DNA from: Amphiscolops sp. MND2022
Lineage: Eukaryota
Assembly: GCA_964187785.1 (NCBI GenBank)
Contig: OZ076419.1
Coordinates: forward strand, 17,174,001-17,238,000
Direction: 5' to 3'
Length of the DNA: 64,000 bases
How positions within the stretch are numbered: position 1 is the first letter of the stretch; each line of letters starts with the position of its first letter. Positions 1-10,544 of the stretch are shown here, piece after piece. The translations under genes were made by a program, and so were the position numbers. Under the pieces are notes generated by a model. That model did no database searches, had not been told where the DNA came from, and was given only the letters and a program-made list of their open reading frames with translations.

Positions 1-530
1 TAGTGAAGCTCAGATGTGCCATATTTTGGGAGTAGTTGCCAATGAAAGTGCCAGGGCTTCCTGTGATATGCTGAATTCAGTTGTAAAGCAGCCAGCCGTC
101 TCAATCTTGGTCCTGAAGCCAACCGTAAAACTGTTGGTCCATCAAAAGGGTCAAATGTTGGTAGACGTCAGATAGAGTCAGACTTTGATGCCTCTTCCGT
201 TGACAGTCATCCAGCCTAACACCATGACACCAATGGAGGAATAAGGAGCGACGATGATTTCGGGAGTATTGGTTACTCTTATGAGCACACTCCTAGCAAT
301 ACTTCCTCCATGACTTTGCAGCACCACCAGTAGTCGGGTGTAGCCGCCAGGAACTTAAGACCAACACTCCAATTAGTGCCGTTGACAGCCAGGAGCACAA
401 ACTTTAGCTTCCTTGAATGAAAAAGCACTTCGACATAAGCACGGCTCCCCGTAAAGGACTGCTCCAGCTAAGGCGAAAAAACCGAGACGAGCAGTAACGA
501 GGTCAGGGAAGATCATGCGCGAGGAATAAT

Positions 531-1100
531 TTGAAGGTATTGCCTGGACTCAGACCTTCGTTTCAGGACTCAAAGTGGAACCCATATAAGTTCTACTGCC
601 AAATTTGCAAAGGAATTGTTTCCATTTACGGCAACGGAGCCAAAGAAATACTGAGGCATCTTTCAACTGCCTTTTATCTAGCAGTTGAAGATCCGGTGAC
701 CAAAAATATCAAGCATTATGCAAGGGGAAAAGACAACAAGTTGTTGACGCCGTACCAATTAGAGCTCAAGCTTCCCAAACTCATTGACGTCGAATTAGTA
801 GACATCAGGGAAAAATTACCGTTTAATGACGAAATTATGGCCGGACATGACAGATTGGCTTCCAACCCCAACAATCGAGGGTGAGTTCAGATCTCTGTCC
901 TTGGATATTTCTTGCCCCAATATGGCGAATTCACCTATCTCCGTGGTCTGTAGAAGAGTGTGGGTATCGTGGTCAACCATCAGGCCCTTTTCGCGGACTT
1001 CAACTGGCGAAATGAAAAACTTTTGGTGTTTTCCTCTAGACATATTGACGTTAGGTCCAAATATTGCAATCCCAGTATGGTATTTTACTTAGCAGCGTGC
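531..1100 (+). pseudogene. Degenerate BED-type zinc-finger coding remnant (probable transposon-derived)
   Basis: ORF 531-884 contains FYCQICK...EILRHL (CxxC...HL, BED-like; second His missing). Neighbouring frames are broken by stops and frameshifts. Confidence 0.4.
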
Positions 1101-2289
1101 CTGTACTTCTCTTCAATCTTATAATAGAGATCTCTGTTTCAACTCTTGTTTCATCGCATGTTTCTGCAATTAATAATTGAAGACATTGACACACACATCG
1201 TTTCAGGAGGCAAATTTTCTATTGAGTGCGAACAGCAAGGCGTCGTCCTTTATTTATATGTCCGCTATTGGCATGACAACCAGTCAAGTCGCATTTTCTT
1301 GATGAGGTCCAGGATAAGGTGACAAGCTGGATCATGCAACCAAGGTTCGATCTGAGAAAGGGCAGCAAGACAAAAAGAACGAAGGCCTCAGCCTTAGTAC
1401 TCTTACAAAAAGGTGCCGAGACGACTTTGGTTGCACTGCCAGAAATTACGTCGTCCAATTATTCAGTCAGACTCAGGGTCTTCTTAGCATTACCAATGCC
1501 ATCATTAAAAGTCTTAATGCATTTGATTGGACACTTTACTCATCGACCCAATCCCACCCGCAACCTGCTGGTTTACTCTGCTGTTTACCAATTTTCGCTA
1601 TCCTAATTCACTACCGAACTAGAAACTCAAGGTCTTGAAGAGTACGTGTCATTCGTTGAAGATTTCCGGCGTTCCTTTCTTGGACTGACTCATCATCCTA
1701 CATTATTAACAAAGGACTCTTTCAATTTTTGAATAGAACAGGCTTCTCTCGGGTCTCGTCCCTTGCTATTTCATTTTTTTAGGTTAGCCTGCCTCTGTTT
1801 GGATGAGCACTTTCCCAGTCTCCCTGTTCTCAAATATGGTTCAATTAAAAACGAATGATCCCAAGAGCCGAGTAGTTAAAGTTATACAGCCAGTCCAGTC
1901 CTATTTTGCGAATGTGCCCCACGCCATTGACACCATGACAACCGATGCTTCTGTTGGCCAATTTCTGACTCTGGAGCCTTCTTTTTGAGACAGTGCTTTG
2001 GGTCTGACACATATGACCCTTGGTTGAATATGGAATTTTTGGACGGGCAGGTATCTTCCAGGGCCTTACTAAAGTGGGCCCAATTATGATAACCCTTCTG
2101 GACAGTCCAGCGTCAGCGAACCAATCAAGTCCCTTCTGGTAGATCGTGACAAGGAACGTCTCTCCCAGTTGCTATCCCCTTCTTAGTTGTGTCGTTCTGC
2201 AGAAGATCTTCAAGCTAGTAGCTGCTCTACATTCTGAATGTACTAATGTACATTTCTCTATAAAGCGTCGTTCAGTTGTATAAACTGAG

Positions 2290-2778
2290 TGTCTCAACTT
2301 CGTCTGTCTCAATCGAACCGGGTAAGTAAAAGGCTTTTAAAAAACTAAGTCTGAATTCTGATTCAGGATATTTCGGCAAACAATAATGTCCGAAGACACA
2401 ATAACGTAACAATACACAAGACGAATTATATGCAACTTGCTTTAGAACGGTGTTATCGGCAAATAGTACATGTGAAATTAAGGGAACTGCAGACTGTTAT
2501 GTAATGTTAACAAATACGTTAATTAATTGGATGATATACTTTCAGAGGACAAAGGAAAATATTACGTAATAAACGGAACGCAAAAACGAAAAACTAGTTC
2601 ATCCGAAAAGACCCCCACGCGGGGATCGAACCGCTTCGGTATGGTTGACAGGCACCGACCATACCGCTAGGCCATGGCGGCATGACATTGAAGTGTTTTG
2701 ACGTGTACACAATTCAGTACACCGCAGACGTATTATATTTGACCGCTTTCGATTGTTGACAAACATTGGTTGTCAACA
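2290..2778 (-). repeat. BEL/Pao 3' LTR (489 bp)
   Basis: Direct repeat of 10545-11032; manual alignment gives 7 substitutions and 1 indel. Confidence 0.96.
2610..2681 (-). ncRNA. tRNA-Asp(GTC)-like Pol III unit inside 3' LTR
   Basis: Minus strand reads GCCGCCA TGGCCTAGCGG (A box)...CTGTCAA (anticodon-like loop)...GGTTCGATCCC (B box)...TGGGGGTC, then TTTT. 72 nt, with an imperfect cloverleaf. Confidence 0.65.
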
Positions 2779-3608
2779 TCCTCCGCCCCCGAAGAAGACG
2801 GCTCAAAAAGGGGGACGATTTTGACTAAGGGTCTGGTATAAAGGCTATGTTTTGTTCGTAAGTTAGCTGACCGGGCGATACCGTCAGAACCGTAGTTGAG
2901 TGACTCAACTCTTGCCGTTGGGTAAAAGCCGCGCGGAGCGGTAGGATCAATGATCCAAACTAAGTCGCCAGCTTTCAGGTGTCGGTCGGAGTCTGAATGC
3001 CATTTCCCACGTTGGTTCAGTAGTGGAACGTATTCCTTGATCCAACGAGACCAGATGGCGTTTGCATAAGCTTGAGCGCGAGCGAAGCGTTTCCGATGGT
3101 CAAAATCATTGACAGCTGGGTTTATTGAAGGTAGGCTTGAACTGGGTCTGCCAAGCAGGAAATGGTTCGGCCACAGCGCGTCGAATTCATTGGGGTCAGA
3201 ACTAACAGGTGTCAAAGGTCGGGCGTTAAGTGTTTGTTCCACTAGACAGAAGGTAGTCAAAAGGACGTCTTCGGTTACCTTCCGATTGCCTAAGATTGCG
3301 TAAAACACACGCTTACAGCTCCTAACAAGCCGTTCCCAAGACCCTCCCTGATGCGGACTTCCAGGAGGATTGAACTTCCATGTCAGCTTTTTATGAACCA
3401 TTATCGAAGGAGCTTGTTGGTTCCAACATTGAATACAAGTACGAAGCTCTTTCTCCGCACCCACAAAATTAGTGCCGTTATCTGACCATATCACTGATGG
3501 CGTTCCACGACGTGCAATGAATCTCTCAATGCCCATCACACGAGCGCTAGTATCCAAGGAGGAGACAATTTCCAGATGTACAGCGCGTGTGGTCAAGCAT
3601 GTCAACAA
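2733..3608 (-). pseudogene. BEL pol: integrase core and C-terminus
   Basis: LTCLTTRAVHLE, WSDNGTNFVGA, GGSWERLVRS, LNARPLT; joined to the upstream frame by a frameshift. Confidence 0.9.
2779..2790 (-). promoter_or_regulatory. Polypurine tract of BEL element
   Basis: GGGGGCGGAGGA on the minus strand, directly abutting the 3' LTR. Confidence 0.85.
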
Positions 3609-5062
3609 GAAAGCCCATCGTTTTCAGATGAGCGTCGAACTTTGACAAAAAAGGGACCGAAGTAGTCGACGCCGGTCATGGTGAAAGGTGGAGACTGAAA
3701 TGCTAACCTCTCTTTAGGCAAATCAGCCATCATTGGAGTTAAGGTTTGTGCTTTGCGCTTTCTACAGACAAGACATTCTGTTTCAACTTTGCGGAGCATT
3801 TGACGTAGTCTCAGGACAGCGAAACGTTGTTGCACTTGAGACCTCATAAAGTCAAGTCCTTGATGATGATGACATTTGTGTAAATTCTCAAGCATCAAAG
3901 GTACGACTGGATGTAAACCATCTAAAATTATTGGATGCTTCGTGTCGAACTCAATCGCATCGAGCCGTTTAGTGCGTCCTGTGGACCTCAGCAAACCTCT
4001 GGGTCCGACGAAAGGTGAGAACGATCGAATACGGCTGGTGTTAGCGATCGACTTCTCTTTAAACAAACATTTGAGTTCATCTCTGGATGATTCTCTCTGC
4101 GAGAGGAGAAGCACTTTCTCTTCGGCGAAAGTTATTTCAATTGAGTCGGTGATTTTCAGGTCGCCAGAGCGGAAGTGACGATGCCTTGGTAAAAGACGCA
4201 GAATGTAAGCTGTTATGCGGACTATTTTCGAGAAGCTGATGTATTTTGTCCAATCAAACACAACCTGTGTTTGCTGCTGATTCGACGTGATTGACACGAA
4301 CAATTGCTGCTCAACGTTTTTCTTCTTGATGCTTTGCAAGACTGTGTCATCCACTTGAAACGGGAAGTCGGGTGTTCGAAGAAACTCTGGTCCAGTGAAC
4401 CAACTACTAACTTTCAGTGCCTCAGCAGAAAGTCCTCTGGTACCGGCATCAGCTGGATTGTCGGTTGTACCTATGTAATTCCACTGATCCACAGTTGTGA
4501 GATCAAGTATTTTACTCACACGATTGGCAATGAAAATCGGTTGTTTCTCCAAAGAGTTCAACCACTGCAGCATCGTTGTGCTGTCGGTCCATAAGTAAGT
4601 CTTTTCAAGAGGTCGAGTTAGTGCTTGGTGCACTTCATTCGAAAGGCGGGCAGCTACTAACGCGGCTTGCAATTCCAGCTTCGGTACTGTCAATGTTTTC
4701 ATGGGCGCAACCCGTGCTTTCCCAATAACGAATGCTAAATGAGTTGTATTTCCAGACAACTCTAACGAATGTCCACGAAGAAAAGCTACTGCACTGAAAG
4801 CTTCTTGTGAGCTATCTCCGAAAACATGGAGTTCTATTTTATCAACGGTCGTGGGAAAGAAGCTTCGAGGAATTGTTATATTTAAAAGTCTCGGCAGGTC
4901 CAAAGTCCATTCAGTGATTCTTTCAGCTATCTCATTGGGAAGTTCGTTATCCCACTCTTGGCCGGATAAACGCCAGATTTCTTTCAGGATGAGGCGTGCT
5001 TTCACAGTGAATGGTGCTACTAGACCAATGGGGTCAAAAACCGAAGCAACCAAACTGAGCAC
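3602..5062 (-). pseudogene. BEL pol: Pao RNase H and integrase zinc-binding region
   Basis: FDPIGL, HVFGDSS, WTDS, NPADAGTRG, H-x-H...CLVCRK. Confidence 0.9.
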
Positions 5063-6336
5063 AGATCTCTGGGTAGCGGAGTCTGAACAGTACGATCTGT
5101 TCCTCGACTTACAATCAGAGTATCAGTGGCATGGTTCCACTTCAAACCAAGAACATGTGAGGAATTGCCAAGGGTGTCAGAGAACCGTTTTGCTTCGTCT
5201 TGTATCTGACATGATTCAGTGTATTCATTCAGTTTGCCGGCGATTTTTTGGATGTTGCTAACAAACTTTGTCAGCTTGAATCCTCCCTTGTTCAACAATT
5301 CTATCAGAGCTTGCGATCGTGTCAAGACCTCCTCTGAGGTTTCCATCGAGTCAAGATAATCGTCCATGTAGAACTTTTCTTTGACAGCAAGAGCTGCGTC
5401 GGGGTATGTAGATTCGTTGTCGGTAGCTGTACGGCGTAATGCGTAATTAGCACACGTCGGAGAGTCTTTAGACCCGGTAATGTGTCGCGTGTATTGAAAC
5501 ACAACAATTTTATTGGTGGGGGCTTCCCGCCACAAACTTCGAAGTGACGGTTGATCGGAAGGCAAAACTCCCACTTGCAAAAACATCGCTTCGATGTCTG
5601 CAGATACTGCGAAGCGAAATTCACGGAAACGAATGAGAACGTGCAAAAGATTTTGTAAGAAGTCTGGGCCAGTCAACAGAGCGCTGTTCAGCGACTGTTT
5701 GTGGCACTTAGCAGCTCCGTTCAAAACTCTTCGTACTTTTTCGGGCTTGTGTGGATTCACTACCGGATGGTGGGGTAGGTACCACTCACGGCTGGAACGA
5801 TTTGTAGCATTAAAAGCAGGTATTTCAACGATATAACCATGGGCAAGGTCATCGTCTATGGTTTTTTGGTATCTTGCTTTCAGCTCTGGGTCTTTCTCAA
5901 GACGTTTCTCGAGAGATTTTAATTGAACCAAAGCAGCAAAATAATTGTCGGGAAGCGGCTCGTCGGTTGCCCACAACATCCCAACTTGATAGCGTTCGCC
6001 ATCGTGAAATGTTGTTTCTTCTAGAATTTTTGAAGCTCGCTCATCTGAAGATGAACGCGGGTCCACTTGCTTGAAAGCTCCAAAAGATTCAAGATCGTAC
6101 CAAGCACGTACTTGCTCAGTCAAGTTTCCGGTTTCCACATTAGCTTTGAAACATGTCGAAATCATACAAGTGGTCGAAGGAAGAGGCCCGCTTACAACCC
6201 ATCCTAACGGAAGACGAACGGCTATCGGTGAGTTCTTCGAATCGCTTTCGAAGTACTCTAACGGATGGATGGCTGCAAAAGCGTCCTGACCAAGAACCAA
6301 CTCTACATCGGCGTAATTGTATGCTTCAGAAATCAA
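5020..6336 (-). pseudogene. BEL pol: reverse transcriptase
   Basis: WYLPHHPV, KVRRVLNGAA, ADIEAMFLQV, FYMDDYL. Confidence 0.92.
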
Positions 6337-7169
6337 TGGTGCAAGATGTGGATACTCTTTTTGAAGGCAGGTATATCAATGAAATCAAGTCCAACATTGA
6401 TACTTTGCTTCACATAGGGCGTTAAGTGATAGACTTCGTTGTCTTCGCCAGATAAACTGGACAATTCCAAGTCGACTGTTTCACTGTTAACTGTCTCTTG
6501 TGAATTAATTCCGTTGACTGTAACTGTGATCGGATGACCTCGAACTTTTAATTTATCTGCAAGATTCCGCGTTATCCAAGAATGACTGCAAGCGGTATCA
6601 CAAAGAGCCAGAGGGGTTTCTGAACCTTTAGCTGAAGTTAACTTCACCCTCAGAATTGGCAACAGTCCTTTTACATTGGTTACGGCTGAGAAACTTGCGG
6701 ATTTTTCGGCTTTCGGAAGCTCCGGAACAGCGTTGGTAACATTGGCGCTAGAATCAGAGCGCACTGGCAGCGTGTTGCGCTATTTGCTGCGGAACACGCG
6801 GTCTGCGCCATGCAATAAAGTATTATGGCTGCTATTGCAACCGTCTTTAGTGCACGTTCTAGGATTCGGACAGTTGCGGAATCCGTGGTTAGCATTAAAG
6901 CAGGAAAAACATAGTTGGTTCTCCGCCAGCACTTTTGCTCGCTGAGTCGGCGTCTTCTCTTTAAAAACTGTGCATTTCCAGAGGCCATGATTTCCTTTAC
7001 AGACAACACAAGAAGGGAAAGCTTTCTTTGTTTCCGATGCAACTCCCACCTTAGTACTCTTCTGATGCGCAGTGTTGGAGGCAAAAACTTTCGAAGTAGC
7101 CTTTTTCAAGCTGACGGGGGGAGACTCTTCAATTGATGCTTTTTTTCGAAATAGCTCGCATTCTCTCAT
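6333..7169 (-). pseudogene. BEL zinc knuckles and aspartic protease
   Basis: CVVCKGNHGLWKC, CFSCFNANHGFRNC, CTKDGCNSSHNTLLH; protease LCDTACSHSW. One in-frame TAG at ~6780. Confidence 0.88.
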
Positions 7170-7185
7170 GAGCCTCAGCTTTTTC

Positions 7186-9102
7186 CTAGAGCCACGTATC
7201 GAAATCGAGCAATGTCGGCCGGAGAAGATCCCTTTTAACAGTATGGAGCGACCATCCTTCTTTCAAGTTAGGAGGTAACTTGGACACAGCTTGATTCAAT
7301 AAGGATGCGCTTCTCAGATCAGAATCGTAACAAAGGGATTGGAAAACACTCACAAGACTCGTTATGACAGAAGCGTAGCTGACTATGCTTTCTGAGCTGT
7401 GCATTTTCACAGCAGGGTAGTTAGACAATTTATCCAAATGTGCTCCAACTACGGCCTGCGGTTGGCCGAATTTTCGCTCCAAAGTTTTTAGTGCTTGCGG
7501 GTACATGCTCCCACAGTAGGCAAAGTTGGCAATGGTTAATTTAGCTTTACCTGTAACCAGCGTTTTCAAGTATGTTAACTTCACATCGGGACTGAGTGGA
7601 GCGGAGTCAACGGCTGATCGGAATTGACCGAACCACTCATGCCACTGCAAAGGATTTCCATCATAGGACTCGAGTTTCCACTCCGGAAGTGGATCTTTTC
7701 GACTGATGGTTAAAAGCTCTGCCAAATCCTTAAGTGTTACAGGTTTATTACCGGGTAATTGACTGGACGTTGGGATAGCAGCAGCGACTGAGGTAGATGG
7801 ATGGGCATTCGTGCTGGGAGGGAACGGAGCACTAGCTTGTACAACGGTTGGATTCGGTACCCGGGGTAGATAGTACACTGTTCCACCACTTGTATATGGA
7901 ACTGCACCAGCACCATGTGCTGAGACGCTCTTAGCATTATTTGGCATTGTCGAAAAAACTTGCAACGTTGGTGGTTGAGGTTTAGAAAAAGTCCAAGAAG
8001 ACAAGTTCGGAACAATATGTCTGCTTGCTGGCTGAGAAGGAGCTGGTATAACTCGTGCAGCTGAAGAAACAGGAGGTTCAATTATCGTACCAGTGATTCC
8101 GGGTGGAAAGCCCACATTGAGGCTACCAGTGTCCTGCAGCAGACTTCGCCCAGGAAGAATGGTTCCTGAAACTTCTAATTCTTTTGCAGGATCATTCGAC
8201 AACTGCGCACCGGTCGGTGCAGAGTGTACTGACAGACGAGATGAAACCGGATATTGTTGATCACGGGGAGCTGACGACAACACTGACTCATAGTCAGTTA
8301 CAACCTCAGATGTGGGTTGACGTTCTATTTGGGTAACCACAGTTCCATCGCCAGTTACTTGGGTATCATTTTCATCCCCGATGTTCTGAGCAGTGGGTTC
8401 ATGTACAGATTGTGAAGTATTGTTTACCCACTCTTCAGTGCGGCCTTCCTCGGGAGCCACATCAAAGTCACGATTACTAGCTACTTCACTGGGTTGGGTG
8501 CTCTCAGCTTCTATTTCCATTTCAACCTCACACATCCTGGCTTCAGCAACTTTTTGCCTGTTACTTTCTTCTAGTTCCTCTAGAGCCAGCTGATTTTCGA
8601 CTTGCTGTAGGCGCAGAGCTGCCTCACATTGTCTCTCGGCTTCCTCACGTCGCATCTTAGCAAGCGCTAGGTCTTTCTTGCGTTGGCTGGATGTTTTGGA
8701 TGTAGATGAATTCATTTTACTGGTACTATTTGACTTGGTACTAAGTTGCTCTCTAGCCTTCGCGGTACTAGTAGGGTCTTCTGGGCTGTCTAAGTACTTT
8801 CGCGCATCTTCCAAGTATATGTGGTTATGTCTAGTGACAGTGTCCACCCAGTCTACAAGTTCATTCGTTAACTTTTCTTTCTCCTCAGTCTTTTTCGCTA
8901 ATTGTAACAATTCATCGTTTTTCGCGATTGCTGCATCGAAGCATTCATGACAAGTGGCAACTGCTTTTTCCACTCTAACTTTTCGATCGCGTTTCCAGAT
9001 AGCTTCTTCTATGTCAAGTTGGGCCTTTTTCAATTGTCCTTCTAATTTCGATCTCGCCTCAAAAAGCTTTGACACCTTCTCAAGGGGGTCGGCTGACATC
9101 AC
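7186..9102 (-). CDS. BEL gag (DUF1759-type), interrupted by a premature TAG
   Basis: 638-aa ORF with YDGNPLQWHEWFGQF, KLTYLKTLVTGKA, LERKFGQP, LPPNLKEGW. Confidence 0.88.
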   Translation of the reverse strand: MMSADPLEKVSKLFEARSKLEGQLKKAQLDIEEAIWKRDRKVRVEKAVATCHECFDAAIAKNDELLQLAKKTEEKEKLTNELVDWVDTVTRHNHIYLEDARKYLDSPEDPTSTAKAREQLSTKSNSTSKMNSSTSKTSSQRKKDLALAKMRREEAERQCEAALRLQQVENQLALEELEESNRQKVAEARMCEVEMEIEAESTQPSEVASNRDFDVAPEEGRTEEWVNNTSQSVHEPTAQNIGDENDTQVTGDGTVVTQIERQPTSEVVTDYESVLSSAPRDQQYPVSSRLSVHSAPTGAQLSNDPAKELEVSGTILPGRSLLQDTGSLNVGFPPGITGTIIEPPVSSAARVIPAPSQPASRHIVPNLSSWTFSKPQPPTLQVFSTMPNNAKSVSAHGAGAVPYTSGGTVYYLPRVPNPTVVQASAPFPPSTNAHPSTSVAAAIPTSSQLPGNKPVTLKDLAELLTISRKDPLPEWKLESYDGNPLQWHEWFGQFRSAVDSAPLSPDVKLTYLKTLVTGKAKLTIANFAYCGSMYPQALKTLERKFGQPQAVVGAHLDKLSNYPAVKMHSSESIVSYASVITSLVSVFQSLCYDSDLRSASLLNQAVSKLPPNLKEGWSLHTVKRDLLRPTLLDFDTWL

Positions 9103-9568
9103 TGAATTATTTGATCAACGTAAATGGTTGATCGCACGGTAAACTACGGGAGAAACTCAAAGCAAGGAAGGAGCTTTTATTGTGATTTGTCTATAACCCG
9201 ACAATTAAGTTAGGTCACCGACAAACACCAGAAGCGGTAGAGTTATTGGCGGGGATTCAATAGCAAGGATTTGCAATGTCAATTTTATAAGTGCGGAAAG
9301 AGGAATAGTCAAGAGAGTACAAAGAATCTCAGGCACACAGATGTACCCGACCTATAACCCAGGAGTGAACCCAGGTCACGGGCCAGCACAAAGTATAGCC
9401 AAAGATAATTTAAGAAAACGGGAGAAAAAGTTAGCGGAAACGGGGGCTTAAAAAACAAACGAGATCAACAAAAAATTTCCAGAAAGAATAAAAAATGCTC
9501 GATACCCCTCCATAACTAAGGAGTTAACCTCAGACACAGAGGAACACCAAACAAAATTTACTCCGTAA

Positions 9569-10153
9569 CTAACAATCGATTCCGCTTAGCTCGGCGCCGG
9601 CGTTTATTAAGTTTTTTCGGACGGCTTTTTCGTACAAGAGCAGGAAGTTTTCACTGTATTTTAAGATCAAAGTCAGGTACTTCAACTCTAGTTCATGGAG
9701 TTGATGAAGCAACGAGTATTGTTTCAAAAGCTTCCTGTCGCGAGTTTTTCTTTTGGAAATCAAGTCTTTCAAAATGTGAACTGTAAAAACTGTGTTCTTT
9801 AAGTTTTCAAAAATATCAGGCACACCTTGTCTTTTACAGTAAACTACAGCTTTTATTCGATCGCGGAACGTAGTGAGGACGTTTTGTAATTGCTGCGGGG
9901 TTAAGGGATTATTTCCGTTGCTACGGTGTTCACTCAAAGAATTGTTGACTACGTCGTGCCAAACAAAAAGGTCACCTTTGCTTTTAAAACAATTTTTGAG
10001 TAAATACTGAACTGTTTTTCTCTTGTTTACTGCGTTAGGATTGCAGCTAAGTCCGGGAATAGTAAACACTCGGGAAGCAAGACGCTTTTGAGCCTTTTTC
10101 GACGAACTTCCCAACGCGTGATGGAGTGAACTGGCTCCTAGTATGAAAACCAT
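9569..10153 (-). CDS. Accessory ORF in BEL 5' leader, SGNH/GDSL-hydrolase-like
   Basis: ATG at 10153. Motifs VFILGASSL (block I), TIPGLS (II), WHDVVNNS (III), LLHQ (V) occur in SGNH order and spacing. A probable frameshift near 9650 hides a basic tail (RKSRPKKLNKRRRRAKR). Confidence 0.55.
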   Translation of the reverse strand: MVFILGASSLHHALGSSSKKAQKRLASRVFTIPGLSCNPNAVNKRKTVQYLLKNCFKSKGDLFVWHDVVNNSLSEHRSNGNNPLTPQQLQNVLTTFRDRIKAVVYCKRQGVPDIFENLKNTVFTVHILKDLISKRKTRDRKLLKQYSLLHQLHELELKYLTLILKYSENFLLLYEKAVRKNLINAGAELSGIDC

Positions 10154-10520
10154 AAGTTTTTCAGGAGGGGAATGAAGCAAAAAGTGAAGTTTAAGGAAAA
10201 CCTACCGGACCGACCTAAGTTCTTTTGTGCTCTGACGCTGATTTACATTACACTAACTATACAGAGTTTGAACAATTTAAGCCCCGAGTGAGTTCATGAG
10301 TTTTCGATTTTGAATGTTATTATTGAAGTTTTTCACAAGTTTTTCAAACTTTCCTGAATTCGGTTTGGACGTATCTGCAAAGAAGTGACTTTCGGAGTGA
10401 AAAGGTTGTGAGTTGTTTCAATTTCGGAGACGGGCGTCGGGGTTGAAGCTCCACATCGATGACGGCCAGACGATGTTCCACATCAACCACAGGAGAAGCC
10501 AGAAAATTGGATAAACACGA

Positions 10521-10540
10521 AATCCCGGGTCGCGGCACCA
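10521..10540 (-). promoter_or_regulatory. Primer-binding site (tRNA-His-like; Phe less likely)
   Basis: TGGTGCCGCGACCCGGGATT starts 4 nt after the 5' LTR and is complementary to a tRNA 3' end ...CGGCACCA. Confidence 0.75.
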
Positions 10541-10544
10541 AAAA

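Noticed and set aside
2610-2681. Functional tRNA-Asp gene
   Set aside because: Anticodon and T stems are mispaired and the acceptor stem is degraded in the second copy; reported as tRNA-like only.
6780-7188. TAG readthrough or stop-codon reassignment in BEL gag-pol
   Set aside because: Only two cases, each explainable as a single nonsense mutation in an element that also has frameshifts.
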